From Parcubacteria group bacterium (GTDB lineage: Bacteria > Patescibacteriota > Minisyncoccia > Moranbacterales > JAKLHP01), in assembly GCA_041657845.1 (NCBI GenBank), contig JBBABD010000001.1, forward strand, positions 14,255 to 78,254: a stretch of 64,000 nucleotides of DNA. The letters are read 5' to 3'. The translations under genes were made by a program, and so were the position numbers. Under the pieces are notes generated by a model, which saw only the letters and a program-made list of their open reading frames with translations, had not been told where the DNA came from and did not search any database. Within the stretch, counting starts at the first letter, position 1, and each line of letters starts with the position of its first letter. Below, piece after piece: positions 19,979 through 29,395 of the stretch.

Positions 19979-21613
19979 ATGCCAAATCTCAAAGACTCGA
20001 TCAAAAAAAACAAAAAAACTATAATCATATTGGCTATTATACTTTTCGCAGGGATATTTTTGCGAACCTATAAATTTCACGATTGGCTGAGATTTAGCAA
20101 GGATCAATCCAGAGACGCGCGGATAATCAGTAATGCTGCTTTGCGAGGAGATCACCTCCCATATCTGGGACCGAACGCCGGAACGACAAAATTCCGATTG
20201 GGACCAATCTACTATTATTTTTCCTACGCTTCAGAAAAAATATTCGGAGTCTACCCTGACAAAATGGCCTACCCCAGTGTTTTCTTTTCAATTCTTTCTA
20301 TTCCTCTTCTGTATTTTTTCCTCAAGGAATTTTTCAACAGGAAAATATCCCTAGCAATGACGGCGCTAATGAGTGTTTCCTATTTTATGATAATAAATTC
20401 CCGCTTTTCTTCCAATCCAAACCTCATCACTTTTTTCGCCCTCCTCTATTTTTATGGATTACTTAAAATACTAAATGATCCAAAAGGAAAATACGCTCTT
20501 TTTTGGAGCGCGCTTGCCGGAATAGGAATAGGGGTTAGCATTCAACTTCATACTACTCTTTTAATAACAATGCCAATAATGACAATCTGTATTTTTGCTT
20601 ACCTGTTTTTTAAAGAAAAATCCATAAAATCTTCGGCCATTTGGAAAAGTTTGCTGGCTGTTATTTTATTTTCCTTAATCCTCAACACTAGCCAGATATA
20701 TTCTGAAATCGATTCGCACGGAAGCAACACGAAACTTTTCTTCAAAGGATTTGCTAAGAGTTCCGAAAAGGACAGCAACCTCGCAAAAAGTGTTTTTCTT
20801 ATCGCATCCTGCCAGATCCAAGCTAATACTCATATAATTTCTTCCTTTCAGGATGACATAAATTGCGAAAATGTTTTCAGATCACCCGACCCAAAAACGG
20901 AAAACCAAGTTTTATACTATTTCGGAATGGCTATAACTATTCTCTTTTCTCTGATTGGATATTTCCTTCTTTGGAAGCGTTTCAGAAGAGAAAAGGATGC
21001 AAAAAAGAAAAACTTTCTCGGATTAGTTATCCTGTTTAATTTTCTTTCATTTATAATATTGATTCCGATTGCCAACATCATATTCGTCGGATATTTCATC
21101 AATCTATTTTTTATTCCTCTTGTTCTTCTGGGTATTTTTATTGAAGAATCGCAAAATAAATTCGGAAAAATTGGAGTTAATATTGCAATATTGGCAGTTA
21201 CTCTTCTTATTGCTTCTTCTCTGGTGAGAGATGGATTTGCAGCTGATAGATACGCAAAGGGACTGGAAAATAATTCCAAAAACAGTACCCTAGGAGAAGT
21301 AGAACTGATGCGCGATTATATATTCTCTAGTTTGAACGGTTATAATCATTTTTATTTTTCCGGACACGGCAACGCTCTTACCAGTCGATTTTTCGCTCCC
21401 ATTGAATATTTTTCCAAAGAAGCCGGCATAAAAATAGAAGGAACCTCTCTGGATTCGTCCCGCGATGATAGAAAAATCGACAAGAACGCTCCGATATTTT
21501 ACATTGAAGAAAATAGCGTTGGAAACAACAAACTGGGACAAATAAGAGAAGGACACGTTATAATTTCCAGCCAAAAATTCTCCAGCCAGACTATTTTAAT
21601 TCTAAAACACTAA
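19979..21613 (+). CDS. GT-C-fold membrane glycosyltransferase (GT39-like), paralog 3.
   Basis: Its signature is 'FLRTYKFHDWLRFSKDQSRD...LPYLGPNAGTTKFRLGPIYYY'. Confidence 0.6.
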   Translation: MPNLKDSIKKNKKTIIILAIILFAGIFLRTYKFHDWLRFSKDQSRDARIISNAALRGDHLPYLGPNAGTTKFRLGPIYYYFSYASEKIFGVYPDKMAYPSVFFSILSIPLLYFFLKEFFNRKISLAMTALMSVSYFMIINSRFSSNPNLITFFALLYFYGLLKILNDPKGKYALFWSALAGIGIGVSIQLHTTLLITMPIMTICIFAYLFFKEKSIKSSAIWKSLLAVILFSLILNTSQIYSEIDSHGSNTKLFFKGFAKSSEKDSNLAKSVFLIASCQIQANTHIISSFQDDINCENVFRSPDPKTENQVLYYFGMAITILFSLIGYFLLWKRFRREKDAKKKNFLGLVILFNFLSFIILIPIANIIFVGYFINLFFIPLVLLGIFIEESQNKFGKIGVNIAILAVTLLIASSLVRDGFAADRYAKGLENNSKNSTLGEVELMRDYIFSSLNGYNHFYFSGHGNALTSRFFAPIEYFSKEAGIKIEGTSLDSSRDDRKIDKNAPIFYIEENSVGNNKLGQIREGHVIISSQKFSSQTILILKH

Positions 21614-21622
21614 AAAATCCTT

Positions 21623-22402
21623 ATGATTAAAAATATATTTGAAAAAATTATTACTTTTTTCGGGAAAAATAAAAAAACAATTATCCTTGTCATTTTGCTA
21701 ATAGTTGCCGGAGGATTATATTATGAATTTATTTATCTCGCCAAGCCGAATATTGAAAACAAAAAATCAATAGAAGCCGCCCTTGTCGCCGATATTCACG
21801 TTGGTCCAGAAAAAAAGGGGCATAGTGAAAATGCCATTGTCCACCCCAAAGAATACAAAAATAATTTGAAACCGCTTATTGATTCAAAACCAGATTTGAT
21901 TATTACCTTGGGAGACAATGTAAATGACAATAAAAAATGCCACCCGTACGCCGATGATTTAAAAAAATATCTTTCTAAATTCAATGTACTTTGGGGCAAG
22001 GGAAATCATGACAAAGATTGTTTTCCTGTTTTTAGCGAACAAGCCTATTATTATCATGATTATAGCAATGCTGGATGGAGAATTGTTATGCTGGATCACG
22101 ACATTGATATTGACCCTGATGAACTCAATTGGCTCCGCGAAACATTGAAAACCGACAAGAAAGTTTTAATTGTCACTCATGTTCCCTTTTTCTCTCCCAG
22201 CCGAGATGAAAACGCCCTGCTTCCGCAATATACTGATGCGGAAAAAGTCATTTCCGAAAGCGGAAATGTGAAATATGTTTTTATGGGACATTTGCACAGC
22301 CGCCTTTGGGACAAAGAATATAACGGTGTGCATTATTACATCATTCCTTCCGTCTCCGGAGACGAATATCCAAAGTATTTTATGAAACTAACCTTAAATT
22401 AA
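21623..22402 (+). CDS. Membrane-anchored metallophosphoesterase (calcineurin-like).
   Basis: It has an N-terminal TM helix and the motifs 'ADIHVG', 'LGDNVND', 'GKGNHD', 'VTHVPFF' and 'GHLH'. Confidence 0.75.
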   Translation: MIKNIFEKIITFFGKNKKTIILVILLIVAGGLYYEFIYLAKPNIENKKSIEAALVADIHVGPEKKGHSENAIVHPKEYKNNLKPLIDSKPDLIITLGDNVNDNKKCHPYADDLKKYLSKFNVLWGKGNHDKDCFPVFSEQAYYYHDYSNAGWRIVMLDHDIDIDPDELNWLRETLKTDKKVLIVTHVPFFSPSRDENALLPQYTDAEKVISESGNVKYVFMGHLHSRLWDKEYNGVHYYIIPSVSGDEYPKYFMKLTLN

Positions 22403-22407
22403 AAACA

Positions 22408-24075
22408 ATGGAATATTTGAAAAAAATTATTAAAAACGAATACGCAATCTTAGCCATTGTAATACTTGTCGCCATATTTTTAAGATCGTATCAGCACAAA
22501 AATTTTCTTGGTTTTCATCTGGATCAGTCAAGAGACGCCATAATCGTCGGCGATTTTATAGATGATTTTTCAAAGATTCCTCTTCTCGGACCCCACACCA
22601 GCGGCAGTAATCTGCAATTGGGACCGGCTTATTATTATCTTCAAGCCATTCCCGTCTTTTTTTTGGGAAAAAGCCCGGAAAATTTTGCTCTAGCTGACTG
22701 GTTTTTTTCTATTCTCTTTGTTTGGCTCTTGTATTTTTTCCTTCGCCTGTATTTTTCCAAAAATATTTCCCTGTTACTTTCGGCTATGGCCGCCGTTTCG
22801 CTTTTCTTGGTGATTTACGGACGCTTTGCTTGGAATCCCAATTCGCTTCCTTTTCTCACGCTACTGGCGCTTTTCGGACTCCTCAAAGCCGACTGGAAAA
22901 ATACTGTCCGCCCTGAATGGTTTTATCTGGGCATATTCGGAGCTGCTGTCGCCACTCAGCTCCATTATGTCTATTTTTTCATGGCGCCTATTATCTTCAT
23001 TGCTTATATCGCCGTCTGGAAGCCGCGTTTGAAAATAAAGCATTATTTAGCAGGGATTCTTATCATCTTAGCAGTCTATTTCCCTATGGTTATCAGCGAA
23101 ATAAAAACCGGCGGCGCGAATACCCAGTTATTAATAAAAAATACTTTCGAAAGAGGCCTCGAGGGCGGAGACAACAAACACAACGTGATCGACAAAGCCT
23201 TCTATGCTTACCAAAAATTGCAGATGACCAACTGGCAAATAATCACGTCCGACGAACACGGAAGTTCTATGCAGCTTTCCAAAAAATTTATCCCTGTCTG
23301 CAAGAAGGAATGCCGGAATGATTTTCCCTTTTTCATTCTTCAAACTTTTCTTTTTGTTTTCGGTCTTTGGGCCGGAATTTCTTCTTACCGCCGCGAACAG
23401 AATCGGGACCGGAAAAAATATATATTTTCGACCTGGCTATGGCTTGGATCAATGTTTATAATTTCCATTCCAATAATATACAATATGAGTCCGCATTATT
23501 ATTTGGCGGCTGCGGCTCCTTGCTTTGTGTTTTTAGGAATATCGCTTCAAAAAACAAGCAACTGGGGGAAATATGGAAAAATAATTATACTTTTCCTGTC
23601 TGCCGCCATCATTCTTTTTAATTTAAGAAACACTTTGATCTATTTGAGAGAACACGCAGCCAGCGCCAAAGGAGAAGTGGAAAATACCATTGGACGAGAG
23701 CTTTATAATGATAAGAAAATCACATTGGAACAATTAGAAGAAACAGTTAAATACATCAAAGAACACAGAAATCCAAATACAACCGTGAGAATTGCAGCTG
23801 ATAATTCTTACGCCCGAGCCGTATTTTATCTTCTGAAGCATCAAGAAAATATACCCGCCTGCTATACCAAAACCAGCGCTTTTCATCCATCAGGAAGTCT
23901 GGATTATTTTTTGGTTTACCGCTTGGGCGTTAATCAGGAAATGCCACAAGATCTGGAAGGGCAATTTTCTATTCGCAGCCAAGAAAAAATCGGCAATCTG
24001 CTGATAATAGATGCCGAGGCGAAAAATCCAGGAGGGAAGCCGGGAAAAGATGAGAAATGCTTTGACTATTTGTAA
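22408..24075 (+). CDS. GT-C-fold membrane glycosyltransferase (GT39-like), paralog 4.
   Basis: Its signature is 'FLRSYQHKNFLGFHLDQSRD...IPLLGPHTSGSNLQLGPAYYY'. Confidence 0.6.
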   Translation: MEYLKKIIKNEYAILAIVILVAIFLRSYQHKNFLGFHLDQSRDAIIVGDFIDDFSKIPLLGPHTSGSNLQLGPAYYYLQAIPVFFLGKSPENFALADWFFSILFVWLLYFFLRLYFSKNISLLLSAMAAVSLFLVIYGRFAWNPNSLPFLTLLALFGLLKADWKNTVRPEWFYLGIFGAAVATQLHYVYFFMAPIIFIAYIAVWKPRLKIKHYLAGILIILAVYFPMVISEIKTGGANTQLLIKNTFERGLEGGDNKHNVIDKAFYAYQKLQMTNWQIITSDEHGSSMQLSKKFIPVCKKECRNDFPFFILQTFLFVFGLWAGISSYRREQNRDRKKYIFSTWLWLGSMFIISIPIIYNMSPHYYLAAAAPCFVFLGISLQKTSNWGKYGKIIILFLSAAIILFNLRNTLIYLREHAASAKGEVENTIGRELYNDKKITLEQLEETVKYIKEHRNPNTTVRIAADNSYARAVFYLLKHQENIPACYTKTSAFHPSGSLDYFLVYRLGVNQEMPQDLEGQFSIRSQEKIGNLLIIDAEAKNPGGKPGKDEKCFDYL

Positions 24076-24092
24076 TCAAGTTTGCCTAAAGG

Positions 24093-24929
24093 CTATTCCT
24101 GCCAAAACCAGCGATAAGAAAGAAGATCGAATGTCCTATAGTTTCCTTCCATTCCTTCAAGAAGAAAAGCCGGCATTCCGACATATTCGATGCCGTTTTT
24201 TTCTTTTTGCCACGGAAGATGCAGATGCCCGGAAAAAACATATTTAACATTTTTCTTTTCAAATTCCTCAATCAGAGGCCTGTAAACAGGATGGATTCTT
24301 TCCGCATTATCCCAATCCCAAACCGGATGATGCATTGCCACAATTATATTTTTTTCGGTATCGGAAACCTCTCTGAACCAATCCAATTGCTTCTTGGTTA
24401 TTCCTTCTTTGTAAGGATCATTTTCTGATTTATCATTCGTATCCAGAACGATGATTCTCCAATTGTCGTAATCTTCGTAGAAATAGGTTCCATTTATTCC
24501 TAAATAATTTATAACATCTTCTTTGTCGTGATTTCCCCTGGCCCATAAAACCTCCATTCCGGATTGATCGATGATATCTTTCATCACTTGGGCATATTTA
24601 AGCGATGGGGTATTAAACTGATCGCCAAGCGAAACAAGAAGACTAACGCCTTCCAACTTCATTTCATTTAGCGCTTCGGGAAGAAATTCCACAAAATCAG
24701 CTGGATATATCACATTTCCGGGCGTATTTTGCTCCATTGATCTTCTGTCTTGGCTGCCGGCATGTATATCAGACACAAAAGAAACTCTAAAAACTTTTTT
24801 TTCGAGAATTTCAGGACAGTCTCCGTCCAAAAGCTTTCTAGAAAAAATAAATCCCAAAATAAAAAAAGTAAGAAAACAGAAAAAAAGCAAGACAAAAACA
24901 AATATTTTTATTTTCATTGATTTTTCCAT
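24093..24929 (-). CDS. Membrane-anchored metallophosphoesterase, paralog of 21623..22402.
   Basis: It has an N-terminal TM helix and the motifs 'VSDIHAG', 'LGDQFN', 'RGNHDKED', 'AMHHPVW' and 'SGHLH'. Confidence 0.75.
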   Translation of the reverse strand: MEKSMKIKIFVFVLLFFCFLTFFILGFIFSRKLLDGDCPEILEKKVFRVSFVSDIHAGSQDRRSMEQNTPGNVIYPADFVEFLPEALNEMKLEGVSLLVSLGDQFNTPSLKYAQVMKDIIDQSGMEVLWARGNHDKEDVINYLGINGTYFYEDYDNWRIIVLDTNDKSENDPYKEGITKKQLDWFREVSDTEKNIIVAMHHPVWDWDNAERIHPVYRPLIEEFEKKNVKYVFSGHLHLPWQKEKNGIEYVGMPAFLLEGMEGNYRTFDLLSYRWFWQE

Positions 24930-24953
24930 TTTAAAGCAATCAAAAAAACAAAC

Positions 24954-25901
24954 CTATTTTTTAATCCTGATCCATTTGCCGAAGTCGCGTTTCCCTTTTA
25001 GATAAATCGGAAAGGCTGTGATATTGGCCAATCCTTGAAGAAAACGATTAAGAATCGCTACCATAACTACCGCTGAAATATTAATCCCTAGCGGAACAAA
25101 AAAAGCCGCATAAGCCCATTCCTTGAGCCCTACTCCCGCCGGTATGGAGGAAACGATGCTTATGAGAAAAATGACCGAAAAATAATCCCAAATATTTATG
25201 TTGATCCCCAGACTCCAGAACAAAACCAGATTAGCTAGTCCTACTCCGATTAAATTAAAAAGAAAAGAATAGGCCAAAGATTCAAAGAAAATTTTCTTGT
25301 TTTTTCCAAAACTAGACAGCTCGCGCAAAAAATTTACCGCTTTATCAGGAAGATATCCGAGAATTTTCTTGGCAAAAGCGGTTTTTCTGGTTTTAAAAAA
25401 AATAGTCAGCCCGATCAGCAATCCCAAAATAATCAAATTAGCCACAGTGATAAAATAAATTCCTGAAGCTTTTTGAAAATTAAGAATAAAGAAAATCGGC
25501 GACATCAGCATAAGAGCCAAGAGTCCGGTAAAACGATCCGCTACCACTGTCGAAGAAGCCTCGGAATATTTTTTTTCTTTTTTCCCGATTTGATATGCCC
25601 GAAAGATATCCCCTCCAATTGTTGAAGGAACAAAATTATTAATAAACGCTCCAGTCAGGTATAACTTGAAAAAATTTAAGAAAGAATCTTTCAGGCCCTT
25701 GTGAAGACAAAGTTTTTGCCACTTTCTGGTAGAAATAAAAAGTCCCAGGAAAATAACTGCCAGATAGGCTATGACCTGCCAAATTTCAATTTTTCTGAGG
25801 TATTGCCATGATTCGCCCCAATCGACCTTAACAATAAGAAATCCAATAAAAACAGCACTTAGCAGAATTTTTAAAATAAGTTTTATGGTTTTATTTTTCA
25901 C
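24954..25901 (-). CDS. Lysylphosphatidylglycerol-synthase-TM-like / 'flippase-like domain' membrane protein.
   Basis: 315 aa with ~8 TM helices and a 'GGDIFRAYQ' block. Proteins of this kind commonly sit next to GT2/GT4 genes. Confidence 0.5.
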   Translation of the reverse strand: MKNKTIKLILKILLSAVFIGFLIVKVDWGESWQYLRKIEIWQVIAYLAVIFLGLFISTRKWQKLCLHKGLKDSFLNFFKLYLTGAFINNFVPSTIGGDIFRAYQIGKKEKKYSEASSTVVADRFTGLLALMLMSPIFFILNFQKASGIYFITVANLIILGLLIGLTIFFKTRKTAFAKKILGYLPDKAVNFLRELSSFGKNKKIFFESLAYSFLFNLIGVGLANLVLFWSLGININIWDYFSVIFLISIVSSIPAGVGLKEWAYAAFFVPLGINISAVVMVAILNRFLQGLANITAFPIYLKGKRDFGKWIRIKK

Positions 25902-25923
25902 AAGAATATAATCCGTTAATTCT

Positions 25924-27105
25924 TTAATTCGTTAATTCGTTAATTTCATAATAAATCTTCACATATTGAACTGCCACTTTTTCCCAGCTCATCGTTTCGG
26001 CTTTTTTCCGACTCTCATCCCCCATCTCAGCTCTTAGTTCTCTGTCTTTTGCTAAAGTTTCTAATTTTTCCGCAATATCCTGGCTGTCTTTCATTTTAAT
26101 GATAAACCCATTCACTCCCTCCTCCAGAAGTTTTCTGGCTCCCCCAGTATCAGTTGCCACAAGAGGAAGACCGGACGACAAAGCTTCAAGCATCGCATTG
26201 CTCATTCCTTCATTAAGAGACGGCAAAACGAAGATGCTAGCTTCCTGATAATACGGAAAGGTTTCTTCCCGCGGAATGCGGCCGGTAAACTCCACATTCT
26301 TTTTTATTCCCAATTCTTTGGCCAGTTTTTCCAAATTTTCTTTTTCATTTCCATCCCCCATTACTTTCAAATATATTTCAGGATATTTGGAAATTAAAGT
26401 CCTAATCGCTTCCAGCAAATAATTAATTCCTTTTCTAGCTGTCACTCTTGAAGCTCCAACGGTTATGATCAGCTTGCCATCGGGCCTTTTTTTCGGATCC
26501 GGAGTAAAATCTGAAATATTAATTCCATTGGGAATGACTCCGATTTCTTGTTTCAAATTAGTTTTTAATGCTAGCTCTTTTAAATCATTGCTGTTAGCAA
26601 TCACTCCTGAAGATTTTTTCCAGATAAGCCTTGTCAGGGGTTTGATGAATTTATATAAAAATATAAAACGATCGCTGTATCCCGGAACGTCGCTGCCGCG
26701 AAGAGAAATAATATACGGAATTTCATACTGCCATCTCAGAAGAAGCGAAATGAATCCGCAAGGAATTGTGAAAAACGAATGACTTAAATCATATTTATTC
26801 TTTCCGACAAGTTTTTTGGAAAAAAAATAAGCCTTCCAGAGATAAACCAACAGATCTTTTTGCGACTGATAATGCAGATTGTTTTGGTTTTTTCCAATCG
26901 GAAGCCGGTGAATGAAAATATTTTCTCCGATTTTATCAAGATGATAATTGGAATCTATGGAAGATGTGATCAAATCCACTTCCAAGCCGGAAATCTTGGA
27001 ATATTCTTCCAAAATATAGGCGGTGGCATTGGCCGCCCCGCCGCCCAGCGGCGGATATTCGTAATTGAAGAAAAGTATCTTCATATAACATATAGCATAA
27101 AACAT
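25924..27105 (-). CDS. GT4 glycosyltransferase.
   Basis: It has 'MKILFFNYEYPPLGGGAANA' at the N-terminus and 'PSLNEGMSNAMLEALSSGLPLVATDTGG' in the C-terminal domain. Confidence 0.8.
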   Translation of the reverse strand: MFYAICYMKILFFNYEYPPLGGGAANATAYILEEYSKISGLEVDLITSSIDSNYHLDKIGENIFIHRLPIGKNQNNLHYQSQKDLLVYLWKAYFFSKKLVGKNKYDLSHSFFTIPCGFISLLLRWQYEIPYIISLRGSDVPGYSDRFIFLYKFIKPLTRLIWKKSSGVIANSNDLKELALKTNLKQEIGVIPNGINISDFTPDPKKRPDGKLIITVGASRVTARKGINYLLEAIRTLISKYPEIYLKVMGDGNEKENLEKLAKELGIKKNVEFTGRIPREETFPYYQEASIFVLPSLNEGMSNAMLEALSSGLPLVATDTGGARKLLEEGVNGFIIKMKDSQDIAEKLETLAKDRELRAEMGDESRKKAETMSWEKVAVQYVKIYYEINELTN

Positions 27106-27181
27106 ATAACAATATGCTATGTCTTTTGCTTTTTTAATTTATTGTCTTGTTACATGCTACATGTTTCATGTTACATGAATT
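27106..27181. promoter_or_regulatory. Intergenic palindrome/direct-repeat cluster between ugd and the GT4 gene (possible terminator or operator).
   Basis: An inverted repeat 'catatagcata...tatgctatg' is followed by three copies of 'tacatg'. Confidence 0.2.
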
Positions 27182-28489
27182 TTAGTTCCTTCCCACTCCC
27201 ACATATTCAAACCCTTCTTTCCTAATCGTTTCGGGATCATAGACATTTCGAAGATCAACGAAAACCTTGCCTTTCATTATTTTTTTGAGTTTGTCAAAGT
27301 CAAGTGAACGATATTCATTCCATTCGGTCATCAAAATTAAGCAATCAGCATCTTTGAGCGCCTCGTATGGATCATCGACATAAATAAGTTCTGGCATATA
27401 TTTTTTGGCTTCTTCCATTCCGTGAGGATCAGTCGCCACAATTTCCGCTCCTTTTTCTTTTAGGGCTGGCAAAATAGTCAGTGCGGCTGAATCGCGCATA
27501 TCATCGGTTTCCGGCTTGAAAGTAAGTCCCAGACTGACAATTTTCTTTCCCGCTTCGCTCCCGCCCAAAGCTTTTCTGATTTTCCCTACCATTCTGGCTT
27601 TTTGCGCGGAATTTACTTCAATTACCGTTTCAACAATTCGAATCGGAGATCCGTGTTCCTGCGCAATCCGGCAAAGCGCCAACGTATCTTTAGGAAAACA
27701 GGAACCGCCATATCCCGGTCCGGCATGAAGAAATTTCTTTCCGATTCTTCCATCCAATCCCATACCCTTCGACAAGTCAACCACATTGGCTCCGATTGCT
27801 TCGCAGAGATTGGCAATTTCATTAACAAAACTGATTTTAGTCGCCAGAAAAGCATTAGATGCATATTTGATAAGTTCAGCTGTCTGAAGATTAGTGAAAA
27901 CGATCGGAGTTTCAATGAGATATAATGGTTTGTAAATTTCTCTCATCGCATCTTCAGCTTTTTTGCTGCTAACCCCAACCACTACCCTATCCGGATGCAT
28001 AAAATCTCCAATAGCTGATCCTTCGCGCAAAAATTCCGGATTGGAAGCCACGTCAAAATCAGCTTCCGGATTAGCTTCTTTGATTACCCTTTTCACTTCT
28101 TTGGCTGTTCCGACTGGTACAGTGCTTTTATCCACAATCACCGTGTAATCCTTGAGCCACGGAGCAAATTCTTTGGCTGCTTCATAAACATAAGTCAAAT
28201 CAGCATATCCATCGCCACGTCTGGAAGTTGGAGTTCCCACCGCAATAAAAATCGCATCCGCTTCTCCGATAGCTTTCTTGGCTTCGGTGGTGAAAGTTAA
28301 TCTTCCCGATCTCACATTTTCCGCCACCATTTGATCTAATCCCGGTTCATAAATTGGGATTATTCCTTTTTTGAGATTTTCAATTTTTTTCTCGTCCTTG
28401 TCCACGCACGTAACAAAATGTCCGAACTCCGAGAAGCAAGTTCCGGAAACAAGACCGACATAACCGGAACCAATTACTACAATCTTCAT
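27182..28489 (-). CDS. ugd: UDP-glucose 6-dehydrogenase.
   Basis: It carries the Rossmann motif 'MKIVVIGSGYVG', the catalytic 'GGSCFPKD' block and a complete three-domain architecture. Confidence 0.9.
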   Translation of the reverse strand: MKIVVIGSGYVGLVSGTCFSEFGHFVTCVDKDEKKIENLKKGIIPIYEPGLDQMVAENVRSGRLTFTTEAKKAIGEADAIFIAVGTPTSRRGDGYADLTYVYEAAKEFAPWLKDYTVIVDKSTVPVGTAKEVKRVIKEANPEADFDVASNPEFLREGSAIGDFMHPDRVVVGVSSKKAEDAMREIYKPLYLIETPIVFTNLQTAELIKYASNAFLATKISFVNEIANLCEAIGANVVDLSKGMGLDGRIGKKFLHAGPGYGGSCFPKDTLALCRIAQEHGSPIRIVETVIEVNSAQKARMVGKIRKALGGSEAGKKIVSLGLTFKPETDDMRDSAALTILPALKEKGAEIVATDPHGMEEAKKYMPELIYVDDPYEALKDADCLILMTEWNEYRSLDFDKLKKIMKGKVFVDLRNVYDPETIRKEGFEYVGVGRN

Positions 28490-28614
28490 TTTATCAATTT
28501 ATGAAATATTCGGATAATGAAATAAAAATACTTACTTTATACCTAAATGTATCCTATGACATTTTCCCGATTTCATTATTAATGATTAATTTATTTTTTA
28601 TTAAAATTATTCAA

Positions 28615-29334
28615 TCAGCAAATAATCGAGCCTGCCTTTTCTCCCAGTATTATTTTTTTCAAAGTTCCTTTTTTGTAAATATTGAAAACAACTACGTGCA
28701 AACCATTGCTTCTGCACAATTCAATAGCCGATTTGTCCATTACTTTTATTTTATCATTTTTGAAAGCTTCTTCAAGCGTCAATCTATCAATTTTTTTAGC
28801 TTTAGGATTATTTATTGGATCATCATTATAAACTCCATCTACTTTTGTAGCCTTAAATATTGCTTGGCATCCTACTTCTAACGCTCTCATTGTTGCAGCT
28901 GTATCAGTTGTAATAAAGGGGAGGCCGGTTCCCCCTCCAAATATGACAATCCTTCCCTTCTCAAGATGTCTAATAGATTTTCTCCTAACATAACTTTCTG
29001 CAATTTGTTTCATCTCTATGGCAGACTGTAATCTTACCTGAAGTCCTCTTTGCTCTAAAATATCTTGAAGAGCCATTCCGTTAAAAATGGTGGCTAGCAT
29101 TCCCATGTAATCAGCCGTAGCTCTATCCAAACCATTTTTACTGCCTGCAACTCCCCTAAATATATTACCCCCGCCCACAACAATAGCTATTTCTATTCCT
29201 AGCTTATGCGCTTCAAAAATTTCTGAAGCAATATAATTCATAAAAATTGGATCAATCCCATATTCTCTTTCTCCTTTCATAGCCTCACCGGATAGTTTAA
29301 GCAATATTCTCTTGTAATTCATTTTTTTACTCAT
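28615..29334 (-). CDS. pyrH: UMP kinase.
   Basis: It has 'ILLKLSGEAMKG', 'IAIVVGGGNIFRG' and the full amino-acid kinase fold signature. Confidence 0.9.
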   Translation of the reverse strand: MSKKMNYKRILLKLSGEAMKGEREYGIDPIFMNYIASEIFEAHKLGIEIAIVVGGGNIFRGVAGSKNGLDRATADYMGMLATIFNGMALQDILEQRGLQVRLQSAIEMKQIAESYVRRKSIRHLEKGRIVIFGGGTGLPFITTDTAATMRALEVGCQAIFKATKVDGVYNDDPINNPKAKKIDRLTLEEAFKNDKIKVMDKSAIELCRSNGLHVVVFNIYKKGTLKKIILGEKAGSIIC

Positions 29335-29395
29335 TTTTATTTATATAGAATTTACACTTTTTAGCAAAAACTGCAAAAGTTTATAAATCTATAAA

